The position numbers and the translations under genes are program-made. Below, one piece after another: positions 13,942-26,900 of a stretch of 64,000 nucleotides of DNA. Each line of letters begins with the position of its first letter. Within the stretch, counting starts at the first letter, position 1. Below the pieces are notes generated by a model. That model saw only the letters and a list, made by a program, of their open reading frames with translations. It did no database searches and was not told the origin of the DNA. The stretch lies in assembly GCF_009914755.1 (NCBI RefSeq), contig NC_060929.1, one strand, 5' to 3'. The DNA comes from the human T2T-CHM13v2.0 reference genome, Homo sapiens.

Positions 13942-14677
13942 CTGAAAAATAATTCAAACTGTTTTGTATCATGTCCATTCAGTACAGAAACTGATTCTTC
14001 ACTGTATGCCATGGTTGGCTGACAGTAAGGTTAAAATGGAGGTGGCTGAGGACTTCTCCCGTTAAAAGTTCAAGTTCTTCCTGATGTTAACCACAAGATG
14101 ATGCCGACATCAACGATTACTCTTTCAACGTAAATAAAAACAAAGCATAGAATGGAAGATTGTGTGTTTATTTTATGTCACAAAAGGAAGGCAAGCCTGG
14201 AAATGCCAACCTCCCATCATATTAATTTTAATGCCAGATGCTCCAGCGTTCCCTGATGTACAAAGCTGCTGGTTGAAGTGTGTTTTTATGTTGTTATATG
14301 ACCAAAGGCACAAAACCCTGCATGTCTGCGGCAGCCTTTTATGAGCTCTTCCACAGACTCCCTGTGGGCCTTGGACTGCGGAGGTGGGCATCGGCGTACA
14401 CTCAGAAGACAAGACTCTGGGCAGCCGGCTTTGTGTCCATAATCCTGTGTGCGCCTAAGTAGTTCATGATGCAGGCCTAGCAGCTGTTGTAATGTTTCAT
14501 CACATTAAAAGCAAACTATTTTTGCAAATTAAAGCCTTCAGTAAGTTGATGAAAAAAGCAATTACTGAGGGAAAAAGGAAAAAGCACAATCCATTCTACA
14601 TCACGGTCTATGGCTGGAGATAACAGTCAAAAACTTAACCCAAAGTGGCAGCTGCAGGAGAAATGAAAATTGCCTAC

Positions 14678-14740
14678 CTTATGTTTTCCCTTCATTCTGC
14701 ATGTGTCTACATCGGCCTGTCTAGATTTCCATGTCAGTTT
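14678..14740 (-). CDS. SEMA6A: SEMA6A exon 5 (63 nt), KLTWKSRQADVDTCRMKGKHK
   Basis: CCCTGCAG|AAA acceptor, AAG|GTAGGC donor; phase 0-0. Confidence 0.96.
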
Positions 14741-15753
14741 CTGCAGGGATCAAGAAAGAAATCAATTAGAGCCCAGAGGTTGTTGCGTTTGATTTTAGAA
14801 GTAAGAGTTCCCTTGGGGAGACTAAAGGCTGAACATATATTTATTGAAAGCTTTCTGCACCCTTTCTCCATGATTAATTCACCGTAACAACAAAAGATTC
14901 CAGATGAAAACGTCCGTTTAATTTTGAACTCCTATCTATTCATTAAACCACAAAATGGTCTTCTTCTGTTTGAGATAAAGATGAAGGAGAAAAGAAAGAA
15001 GAATAAACAAGAGTGTGGAAATTTTTCATAAACTATCCAAATTAATTTGCCAAATTATGCTCATTTGGATAAAATATATGTCCTTGCCCTTTCCTTTCAG
15101 TTGATAAATCAATTTTTATAAAGAAGGCTTTTTTCTTAAAATACAGAAGTCATTTTCTTAAACATAAAGAGGACATTCACTCTAGGTGGACAAAGATTTA
15201 ATTCAGGTTATACTCCTTCACATAGATTAATGGACTGAAGGGATCTTCTACTCCTATGGCACAGGTTTTATTAACTAAAATATCCCCATGTGGAGTTATG
15301 AGGAAAGCTTAGGTTATACTTTATGTCTGTCTGAAATGGGTAACGATCAAGTTCCTGAACCACAGCAGTCAAATCAAACTTAATACTGCAAGACATGGAA
15401 ATATAACATTGAAACCTTTGTAGAATACATTTGTGGAACAAAATTTTACTTATGAAAACTGATGTTTTCCTGGATAAATGAGGCAATATTTTTATAAAAG
15501 AAATGTAGAAATTATGTAAAACTTCAAAATGTATATGTACACATATATTTGATGAATAAAATATGAAGTACATAACTGTTTCTGAACATGTATCAAATCC
15601 TAACCTATTCCCTAATTAGGATTTCACAAAATGCATGTTGGCATCTCTAAATTATGATTAGCTACATCATCTTAATGCACTTAAAATACATATTCTGTTC
15701 AAGAACTATCCAAAGGTCCTTCATTTTACAAATATAGTTTTAAAACAACTTAC

Positions 15754-15814
15754 TTTGCTACAATAAATTTCTTCCGTGTGTGATGTGTCTATATCAACAG
15801 TATAAATATGGTCC
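15754..15814 (-). CDS. SEMA6A: SEMA6A exon 4 (61 nt), DHIYTVDIDTSHTEEIYCSK
   Basis: TTTGCCTATAG|G acceptor, AAA|GTAAGT donor; phase 2 to 0. Confidence 0.96.
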
Positions 15815-18679
15815 CTATAGGCAAAGAAAAATTAATACAAGGTCAAACACAGAGTCAAAACAGTTCATTTTCTGCTTAATGAGTTATGTCTTATCAGGGC
15901 AGATAAGCCCATATCCATGTTCATGATATCCACATGCAAGAAGAAAAGAGCGCAGCCTTCAAGAGATGTCTCCGGATCCCATTTAGCACCTTCTGATAAA
16001 TCATGGCATTGTGCTCCAAGGAACACCGTTTATGAAAACTTTCCTGTATTAGCTCTTCTCTCTGACACTAGAACTATAGCATCTGCATATATGTAGCTCA
16101 GAAGGGAGGGCTCTGAAAGTTAAATTGGCCCAAAGACTAGAACACAGATGGATTCGTGTGCCCTTTCATTATCTTCAAATACACGTACCAAATACTTGGT
16201 ATTCAACATGCCACATCTGTTCATCAAGAGGGCTAACAAAAAAAATGATCTCCATCGCCCTCTCTCTTTTGAAAATATATTTCCATCTTAACTGTGACTA
16301 TTTGATCGACAGGATGGATGACGACAAAGGTAAAATTATTTCCAGAAGCCACTCTTTTCCCTCATAATGATGGTCAATTAAAGTCTAAAATGTACTTAAG
16401 CTAAAGTTTACATTTCTTGCTTCTGTTCACCTTCCTGTTTTGCTGAGAATTGGGTTGTCTTTACAATTTGCTGCCAATCTAGCCTTGGAAGGGGAGAAAG
16501 AGAATCAGCAGCTCAGGTGTGGGGCTATATTTAAACATCCCCTTCTGTGTGAGCTGAGTACAAGGGCGTTTTTGTCTGGAATTTGTAAGAAAGAAAAGAA
16601 AAGAACTACACTCAACAGAGGAGATGGGGGGCTACTGAGGGAAAGCAAAACAGCTCATTTTCCCTTGAAATAACATTGACTTTCTCTAAAATGCAGGAAG
16701 TCCTGGGGCTGAAAAATTACCCACAGCTTTAAACCAGGACCTCGTCTCCCATACAGACTTTTAAGTCCCCTCGTTACTTAAAAGAAAGAGCGGGGAGGTG
16801 ATAAGAAAGGAATTATTTGCAGGATTCACATATACATATATATAATTTTTTTCAGTTCATGGGAAATCTGTTTGCTTTTTGTTTTAGGAAAAATACAACA
16901 GAGAAAGATAACAGGCCGACTCACGTGAATATAAAACGAGCGGGAAGGGCAGTTGGCTTAGAAAATTCCCTTGCCAGCTACTGTGAGTGTGCATGGGGGG
17001 AGGGGGTGGAAGGGGGTGGAAGGGCGTGGTAAGGGGTGGAGGAGTAGGGGCCTGTTTTGTAAATTGCTGAATAGGCAAGTTTCTTCAAACTTCAGTAGGC
17101 TGCCAGAATCACCCTGCCCTTTAATTTCAAGGCAGTTTTATTGCATTTGTTTATTACTTGCTTGACTTTATTGGTGGTGCTGTGGTCAGACTCATTATTG
17201 GAATGGAATTGCCTATTACTTTGCTATCAGGTTTGAGATGACTCGAGGCTTTTCCTTGCCTGCCTCCCCTCAGAACTTAAGTTTGAGCTGAACATATGAA
17301 TTGTAAATGAACAACTGATTAATATGCATTGGCAGCTCCTCAGAAAGCTCTCAGATTGCCCCCTTTTGGCATGGCCTGTTTATGTTAATTAGCAGTTTAG
17401 AGATTAAAAAAGAAGAGGAATTTACAAAGTGGATAATAATAAAGCAGAATTGAAAGGGGTTCTTGCCACCAACCCTCACTCAGTCCCCCGGGTTCTGGAT
17501 GGGACTTGGCTTGCGATTGCTGACAGCAATTGTCTAGAAGAACTGGGAAGCCTTTTAAACACAGAATTCTGTGAATGAAATCTTCTTTTGGACAATGACA
17601 ATCTTTTTCAATATCCAAAAGCTCACATGGCCCTAGCAAATAAAAATGGTGCTTTATGGTAAACCACAGACCAGGGTCAGGGGTCATTCCCAACCATCTT
17701 AGTGTACATCCCAGGTCTCATATGCTGTTCTTCCTGAATTAAGTTATTTGAACATAAACTGACTTAATCCTAGGACTTCCTCTTCCCCCTCCAGCAAGCA
17801 CCACTGAATTGTGTTGCCATGGCTTGAACCTGGGCGGGCGGGGGTTGGCCGGGGGGTGGGGTGCGGGGAGGGATTTAGCTTTAAATCGTGTTACTTGCTG
17901 CCTAGAAACCTAGATCTCTCAGAGCAATGTTGAGAAGTGTAAAATTAAAGTGAATTAAAGTTGGAAGTGTAAAAATAAAGTGTAAAATTAAAAGGAGAGA
18001 AGAGGTCCTAAATATGGTGGGCATGGAACTCCTTTAAGAATTTTTCTAAGGTTGTCTGTTGAGAGGAAGTGGCTGCGTATGGTGTGAAAACAAACATGTC
18101 AATGCTACAGTGATACAAACTTGACCTTTAGTAAAGATGAGCTTATTTGATAGTTTCAAATATTAGTGTGTTTCTTCTTTTTATCCTTCTTTTCCTTTCC
18201 TTCCTTGGGGTGAGGAGTTAGAATAAAACTGTCTTGGTTTTAATGAGCTAGACTAATGGTCACTTTTAAGTCTGCATAGTACCTTGCTCCTAACACTCAT
18301 GTAGCCCTGGGACCTATGGTCCACGCCCTGCTAAATCATCGAGTACAAGGGCAGTCTGTTATACCATTTTTTCCCCCGGAAACTCAACTGGAAAGTGAAC
18401 AATTCACAAGAGATTCTTAAGTCAACCTATTTCTCACAGATTCAATGTTTTATCATTTGTTTTGATCAGCCCTTAGATAATTGAGTATGTCATTTTCCAA
18501 CCCTATTACGTTTAGGAAAATAAAAATGACATCTAAGAAGGAGCTGGTATTCTATCAGAGAGGTGACTACTGAGCATCTTATGGAAATGCTTTATAATGG
18601 CTACTCATAATGACCATGTTCTTGGGCAACAGCTATTACAAGGGTATTCTCAGGACAAACAGTACCAGCTCTATTCCTC

Positions 18680-18890
18680 AGTATGCAGCATAGTACAGGG
18701 AATGACAGCATGGACTCTAGAGCGAGACCATCCTGGTTCAAATCCTGCCTCTGTCATTTTGGCCCCATCATTTCACCTATCTGTCCCTTGGATTCCTCCT
18801 ATAAGACATGGGAATAATAATAGCTCCTTCTTGTAGGGTTGTTTCCAGGATTGGATGAATTGACATTCATAAAGAATCTACAGCTATGTT
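18680..18890 (+). mobile_element. MIR
   Basis: agcatggactctagag...ctggttcaaatcctgcctctg...atgggaataataatag...tagggttgttt.caggatt. Confidence 0.75.
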
Positions 18891-19149
18891 TGTGAATTGT
18901 ATGTGCAGAGCATACTAGTTGTATATACTGTATAAGTATTTGTAAAGTAAAACTTTAGGAAAGTATTTGGACATTGCTTCCTGTAGCCAAGTTAGGGGCA
19001 GTTTCAGGATGTTTTAGTCTAGCCCCTTTTTTTTTTAACTTTATGTTGCACAGCTTATCACCTCAGAACATCTAAGTGCTTTAGAAGAATCAACCACTGT
19101 TATTTACTTGTTCTTTCCTTATGCCAGATAGAAACGATCTCCAATTCTA

Positions 19150-19446
19150 GACCGGGCATGGTGGCTCACACCTGTAATTCCGGCACTTTGAGAGGTCGAG
19201 GCGGGTGGACCACTTGAAGGTCAGGAGTTTGAGACCAGCCTGGCTAACATGGTGGAACCCCATCTCTACTAAAAATACAAAAATTAGCTGGGCGTGGTGG
19301 CGGGCACCTGTAGTCCCAGCTACTCAGGAGGCTGAGGCAGGAGAATTGCTTTAACCCTGGTGCGGGGGAGGAGGTTGCAGTGAGCTGAGATCGCGCCACT
19401 GCACTCCAGCCTGGACGATGGGAGTGAAACCCTGTCTCAAAAAAAA
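19150..19446 (+). mobile_element. Full-length AluS
   Basis: Two arms, short A tail, small G-rich insertion in the right arm. Confidence 0.96.
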
Positions 19447-20013
19447 GCATAATCTTCATTTCTTCTCCCCAGTGTGAAATGATTAAACAGTGTAGAGCCA
19501 GGAAAGACCACAGGGGACACTACAAGATAGTGCTCCATGTTGCTGTTCATTTGGAATTATTTTGAATAGCTACACACTCCCAAAATGGAGGATCATATAT
19601 TGTTGGACTCCTTAGGGACTTCATTAAGGTAATCAAATACAACATCTCATTTGGCAGAGGATACTTATGGCCAGACAACTTGTGGTCCGGCTAAATTAAG
19701 AGCAGAATTATAACAAAAGCCTAAATTTATGTGATCCCTGTTTGAGCCGTATTCTTACCATGCCATTCAGCCTTAAGACATCAGCCTGTCTGTCTAAATA
19801 ACATTTCCCCAATGGATGAGTATTTTTTTTTTACTAAAACCAAATAAAAACCTTCTGAAATATATATAATGCTTTCTTTGGTTGTCATTGCCGTTCTTTC
19901 AAAGTGATGATATAGATTATCAATGATATATATGTTAACTGCAAAAATACAAATAGGTTTAATGCACACACCTACATTCACACTATATAATACATGTTTA
20001 CACATTCACCTTA

Positions 20014-20334
<321 letters not shown>

Positions 20335-20636
20335 TTAAGGAGCAGAGCATTCTAATGGGTGCTTGAATAAATATTTGCATATATGTTCAAGATAAACAGT
20401 GGATTATTTGAGTGTAAGTGCCCAAATATGCTATTATTTCTATTTAAATCCACATAGGGTTAAACAGACACAGACAATTTTGAAATAATGATTGCTTGAT
20501 AAGTTAAAGGAGGCTTTAAGTTAAATAACACTCTATTTAGAAACCTCAAGATCTTAAAAATAATGCATAGCTGGTAAATTTAGGACCTTGGGCTTTTGGA
20601 CACTCTCAAGGCAGACATGGGGAAAAGGCCCCTTAC

Positions 20637-20754
20637 CTAGCAGCAATGTAGAGGGTTCCGTTCATGATCATAATCATCTGGATGTCCAGCCTGTGCCTCT
20701 GTGTGGTGTTCCGTCCTGGCTTGTGGCCCACAAACACCGGATACTGTTTTGTAT
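20637..20754 (-). CDS. SEMA6A: SEMA6A exon 3 (118 nt), (Y)TKQYPVFVGHKPGRNTTQRHRLDIQMIMIMNGTLYIAA(R)
   Basis: TTTCACAG|AT acceptor, AG|GTAAGG donor, frame continuous with neighbouring exons; peptide visible in ORF 20633..20839. Confidence 0.97.
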
Positions 20755-21945
20755 CTGTGAAAAGAGGAGATGGGGCAAGAAAGGAAAAGCAAATCAAGCC
20801 AGGAATTGACAGGGTAGGGAGGGGAGGGAGACAGGTCACAAAAGAAACCCGTGTTTAAGTCAGACCATGCCACCATTTTCCATTTCCATATGAGTCTGTT
20901 ATTTTAGGAAATATGATAGAAGAGTGCTCCTTAAGGTTCATCAAGTTACACTTTCATTTCTAGATAATTATAAGCCTGGATTTATATTTCTAAGTGTCAC
21001 AATTTTTGATTTGTCTCTCTTTCTCAGGGCTCAACTCGCTAGTGAACCCTTTGCATGAAGGTGCTCTTTTCTTCCACAGTTTTCTTTTCATCTTCTGTAG
21101 AGCTAAGCCTGAGGGGGCAGTCTGCCAAAGATCTTGTCTCGGGACAAAACTATTTCAAAGCAGCCTTCCCATCAATCACCACAAATGCAATGTGGTCTGG
21201 AGGCGAGAGCCCTTGTCCAGGAGCCAGAAGAAAAATACAGTCTCCACAGGCGTCCAGTTGGAATAATCCACTATTGAAGGCAGCCCCTGAGAGGTTGGTT
21301 GGCATTCTAGGAACTGTGGGAAGTTCACCCTTGAGTTAAGCAATTGGCTAACAATTTCACAGAGATGTGGGCTTTGACAGGACAGGGTCAAACTGAGTGT
21401 AGCCAGTCAGGTGATCTGAAATTTTCCCTGACTTGGTGAGTCAATGAGCATATTTCTCTTTTCCTACACTTCTCTTTGGCTGAGAGTGGCCAATCTGTAT
21501 TGAGATCTGGCCTTTAAAAATACCTACATCTCAACATCTCTGCCTTTACACCTACGATCTCCAGAGCACTGGCGAGCCTCCAGACAAACTCAGGAGGAAA
21601 GAAAGATGAGCCACATTTAAAAGGCACTTGTTTTCTGGAGAGGGGTGGGGGTGTAAATGATGACTAGAAAACCATTCACAGATTTATGCTTCGACCCTCA
21701 CTTTACACCCTTGTAGTATCTGACCATTACTCACAGTGGGTATCTTATCAGGAGCCTTACTATATTTTATTTACAAGGGAGCTTGGTATAAGACAATCTT
21801 GTGCTTTCCCTTCCACTGCTTTGAAATTTCATGTACCCATTCATCAAGGAGATTGCTAAAACAACTCAAATGTCTCTACGATCATGGATTTGAGTGATCA
21901 CTGAAGGGTGGCTTACAGTAGTCCATTTGGGCTGGAGTCCCTTCT

Positions 21946-22240
21946 TTTTTTTTTTTGAGACAGAGTCTCGCTCTGTCATAAGGCTGGAGTGCAGTGGTGT
22001 GATCTCGGCTTACTACACTCTCCGCCTCCCCAGTTCAAGGTATTCCGCTGCCTCAGCCTCCTGTAGCTGGAACTACAGGCATGCACCACCATGCCCAGCT
22101 GATTTTTTTTTCTTTTGTATTTTAGTAGAGACAGGTTTCACCATGTTGGCCAGGATGGTCTCCATCCTCTGACCTCATGATCCGCCCACCTCGGCCTCCC
22201 AAAGTGCTGGGATTACAGGCGTAAGCCACCGCGCCCTGCC
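21946..22240 (-). mobile_element. Full-length Alu (AluSc-like)
   Basis: Reverse Alu with perfect 14-bp TSD CTGGAGTCCCTTCT (21932-21945 / 22241-22254). Confidence 0.97.
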
Positions 22241-23270
22241 CTGGAGTCCCTTCTATACTCGGGCATCCAAGACAGAAAACTTACCTCAAATGGAAATAAA
22301 TAAATGTTTATTAAGTTTGGAACCTTGAGTTAGGTGGACTCTGCTATTTCAGGAATGATGAACTTGAACTACACATTTGGTCTTAATAATGCCCTTTGAC
22401 TCTGGACTCTAATTGTTTTGTGTGTCAGTTTTGCTACCTCATTTTCTTCCAACCCAGAAAGAACAGCTGAACACTGGGCATATTTGGATCTCCTTAGTAT
22501 TGCATATTAATGTTAGACACCTTTGTATGGCTCACTCAGTGTTTGTTTTGGGGTCATTACTATGAAAAGAGATATTTAGGAAAAAAATGCTCTCTTACAT
22601 TTTTACTGTAATAAAATACTTAAGCCTTTTGAAGGGCATGAAAAAAAAGTGGTAAATTGAATGTTCCATCCAACACATAGGCAGGACTCTCCTCTTTTGA
22701 GGAGACAGCTGAATTCTTAATCATGTTAGTATCTACTCCTGACAATGAAGCAGAGACCAAAGGAAAGTTATAAACAGTTAAAATGGGTCCTCTATAAATT
22801 AATTTCTCTTTACCAAAGTCTATTAACTATGTAACTTCTAAGTCCAAAAAAAATTTTTCTCTGAAGTACTCCAAAATGGTCATTACTTTTTGTTCATATT
22901 TTGCAACAGTCCGGATATATGAATTATATATAAAAGTGAGTAATACTGCCAATACCCAGATCATAGCGATATTCTCCCACAGAGCTGATTTTAAGGCATG
23001 AACACGGCAGCCTCGATGTAGTAGCTGAGACTTCATCAGGGTTACGAGGGGCGTTTCAAATCCTCACACGTGTCCCCACAACAACATCTGATGGAGTTAT
23101 AGAAAAATCATCCTATCAATTTGACTAGACTTGAATTAGCCACCTTTGCCACATACAGAGGACTAATAAGTCACCTATTCTATTTCATTTTTCAGTTTTA
23201 TTTTTTGCTAGGCTGATTCAGGCTAAAATGTTCTCAAAGGGAGACACTGAGTGAGACTATGGGTACTTAC

Positions 23271-23370
23271 AGTTGCCATGCGAAATACTGATTGGCTCAG
23301 AATCTTCTGGGAAACCAGCCCCAGCAAAGTGTAGCAGTGTGAAATATAGCAGCAAGGCTTCTGACCTCAT
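23271..23370 (-). CDS. SEMA6A: SEMA6A first coding exon (exon 2), signal peptide MRSEALLLYFTLLHFAGAGFPEDSEPISISHGN
   Basis: ATG at 23370-23368 in ACTATGA context, with in-frame upstream TGA at -9 and -36. 100 coding nt, donor ACT|GTAAGT at 23270. Translation matches the SEMA6A N-terminus as I recall it. Confidence 0.97.
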
Positions 23371-23408
23371 AGTAGTTCAGCGGGGAGACTTTATTTCTCT
23401 ACTTCACC
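23371..23408 (-). other. SEMA6A: 5' UTR portion (38 nt) of SEMA6A exon 2
   Basis: Acceptor CTGTTCTTTACTTTTTGGCAG|GGTG, with CAG at 23411-23409. Confidence 0.88.
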
Positions 23409-23866
23409 CTGCCAAAAAGTAAAGAACAGATTTTTTTCCAAGTCAGCTTTGTTCAATGCCATAAAATGAAATACCCTGAAAGATAAATTCGAGAGAAAAA
23501 AAGGCTTCTGCTTTACATCTTCTACATGGTAAATTCGTTGATTTTTGTGTTTGGAACTTGTACCCGTTACCTACTGCTACCTCCTTCCCCACGCATCTGA
23601 GCCCTTTTGCAAAGTTTCTCCAATATGGAACAAAGAGCTTTAGTTCCTTTATCCTGAGCCATCTTTAGGCTTTTATAGATGGCTATTTCACAGTCATGAA
23701 ACTCTGCCTTCAAAATCACTCAGAAATTTGAGGTGACTGCCAATATTGAAAAATAGGAGATTTCTGATATTAATCTAGATTTTTCAGCTTCTTTGTAAAA
23801 ATCAAAATACCTGCCATACTGACCTAAATGACAGTTTCCCTTTGGCACCACTTCCAACACACAGGT

Positions 23867-23878
23867 ACACAGACACAC

Positions 23879-23909
<31 letters not shown>
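23867..23909. repeat. (CA)n microsatellite; reads (UG)n in SEMA6A pre-mRNA
   Basis: About 21 units with two interruptions. Confidence 0.95.
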
Positions 23910-26900
23910 TCTATAACTCATCCTGTTTACTAATTTCCATTACCTGCTTGACTTCTTAATTGAGATATTCACCCCTGACTTATGTCATTCTACAGTGACT
24001 TAGGCATAAATAAATAAAATCACACAATCTATAAAGAGAAGTAGGCAGATCCTTTCACACTCTGAAGATTACTACAAGGAGAATCTGAAACTGCATTCTG
24101 AAACGGTATTGTTGATTTAAAAAGTCATATCTCTATATATTTTGGTCTCAATACTTCCTTGCAGTGAAATCGTAGTGAATAAAAATGTCAGATATACTGT
24201 TCTACCCATCTGTATTTTCTTGACGAAGCTCTTTATGTGCAGAAAAATTCTCCTAAATCTTGGAAATAAAAACAATCCCATGTGGGACTGCTGGATACAG
24301 TGAAAAAAAAAAAAGACTCATAATACAGTAAATATCACTTAATTCTCAGGCATATTGCAAATAAGCATTGCTCTATCATGAAAATTAATGTAAAATGAGG
24401 ATTTCTTTTCATCTTTCCAGAGCAGTAAACTCTTTGAAGTACCTGCCAAAGATTATCTTTTTTGAACAAAGCTATTTTACAGTAATCCATCAATCATTTA
24501 AGATTTGTGTGTAGAAATGTCAAACTTAGTAACCTAGATGTCTTTGAAAGTTAATTTGGCAAACTGCTAACTTACGCTTTTTGGAACACCATTTTGATTA
24601 TATACCTATGTCTCTTTTCTTCATGCCAAGAAAGTATTAATCAGTCCCAAGTGTTGCACTGTAACTTATAATTTCACAGACACAGCTGGGTCTTAATCAT
24701 TTCTTCAATTGAAAAGTGCACATTAATTAATTTGCTTTATCTTGAAAATCAAAGAGGGAGACAGATTGAGAGAAAAGCCTAAACAATTCCATGTCTCCAT
24801 CTCTGATGTGTACATTAAAATTAAACTTTAAATGATTACTTGTTCATAAGGGTGAACCATTATGAAGAGACATAAACATGTATTTATTAGACAGGTGAAA
24901 AGCAAGAGTCTACTCATTCATTTATTTGCCAGTTCTTCCTATCCTAGAAAATCTGAACTCAAAGGAAAGAAGCTCTGAAGTGCCCTGATTTGCTTCTCAT
25001 GGCTCCTGTTCAGTACAGCATTAAAGGGCAGAAATAAATAACAAAAGTAAAACATAAACAAGACACCAGTCAGCTGTTAGATTTTAGGAGAGAAAGCATC
25101 TGGCGGGAGGGGGAGGGGGAGGGGTCAGGGAGAACTGGCAACTTTTACCAGGAGCTCAAGAATAGTATTATAAAGAAGCATATTGCCTCAGAGAATTTGC
25201 AGCATATAATGAAAGAAAGGAAACTCAAAAGGCTAATTCTCATTCCTTTAGAAATGTTTAGAGATGTATGTATGCTTTTAAGGCTTAATTTTTCTTGACA
25301 TGACAAACGAGTCTCCATCCTTCAACAACTGCATTCATCTTTGTACAAATGTCCTATAAGCTAACAAGACAATGTCCTGCTACTTTATTATATCCCCCAA
25401 TTTTAATTTTTTCCATCTTAAGATTGCATGTGTCAAATGCAAAATTCTCAACCCCAGAAGCTGGCAGGAAGAGCAATGCATGCAGAAGAAATCTATTATG
25501 CAAGTCAGTGGCTATTCTGGCTATCCCTGCAGCCAGCATCATTTAAGTATCTCCAGGTTTACAGCAGGGCTCTCTGCCAGGAAAAATAGCTGTTTTATAT
25601 GTCTTTCTATCATTATATCATCAGGTAGTTAACATGTACATCATACGGGTGAAAGTGCTCTGGAAGTATTGGTTAATCTTGGTCAGTCCACATGAACACT
25701 TTAAAATTTTCTTCAGTTGAAGTTTTGATGTATTATTCCCTTTCTACTCAATTTTGGGCCCTAACCCTTGTAAATATGTAGACAATAAATTTTCTTGTTG
25801 AAATGATTACTTTGCGGAGGGATCCCAATTCCATAACATTGTCATTTCTCATCCAAAGAACACAGGCTTGAGTCTCAGGATTCCTAAGATGACGCAATAC
25901 AGACTTGCACCAGCCCAGGAGAACAAAAACCAGAACTTAACACTGAGTTTATAAACCTTGAGTGAGCAGTGTTGCTGCAATTTAAGAGGCTGTTTAAGTC
26001 ACTTTCAAAACTTTGAAAAGTGCTACCCACATGTAGCATATTTATAGGTATCTGCAAACATTTGTCGATTTCCCTGTCTGTGACTGTGCTTATATAGGCT
26101 AAATATAACTTAGACTTAAGCAGCTATTCAGAAAATTAGATAAAGGAAGACTGTCAATATAAGGATTCTAAATGAAAACATTTACTTCATAAGTAAGCCT
26201 ATTATATCTGAATTTTCCATCTACTTGTCTCAGCCTTTCACTCTCCTTAGCCTGAAGTGAAATGGCCTTTGTAAAACATACCATTACTACAAAGTTATAA
26301 TCCTAATTTGCCCCAAACCCCCAAATTCACAGAAAACCTTAAGAACATTCTTCATTTTAATAGGCATCTGCTTGGTGAATTTGTCAGGTCTATTTAGGTT
26401 CATCTGAAACTAATTTGTATTGACTTTCTACACGCAAATTTTTTTTCACAATAATTTTTCCCTACAGTTTTTAAGCCCAAATTGGATCACAGAACTGTGA
26501 TGTACAAATGGTGTTGTGATTATTGGTTGCCATGAGCCAAATGAACCATGCAGAATGCTAATTGGGCAGGAAACCAGCTTTCAGGTACTCCAGATTGAAG
26601 ACGAAACAAAGGAGACCAAAAGGACTGTCTGAAAACCGTGTGAATGCATTCACGCTGATAAATTTTTTAAAAATAATAAATTCTTTTCAATTACTAGAGC
26701 TTCCATTTATGCGCACCCTTACCTCCCACACCCTTGATGTACAGCGGGTCATTGTGTCAGCCAAGCATGAAGCAAAAGGGATGGCAGCGGAGCTGGAAAT
26801 GATTACAAAGTCAGAGAATGAGTCCATCAATTGCCACATCTTACTTCTAATGAGTCAGTTTAACAAGCCACGAGGACTGGGAAGCCATGACAAGTGGACC

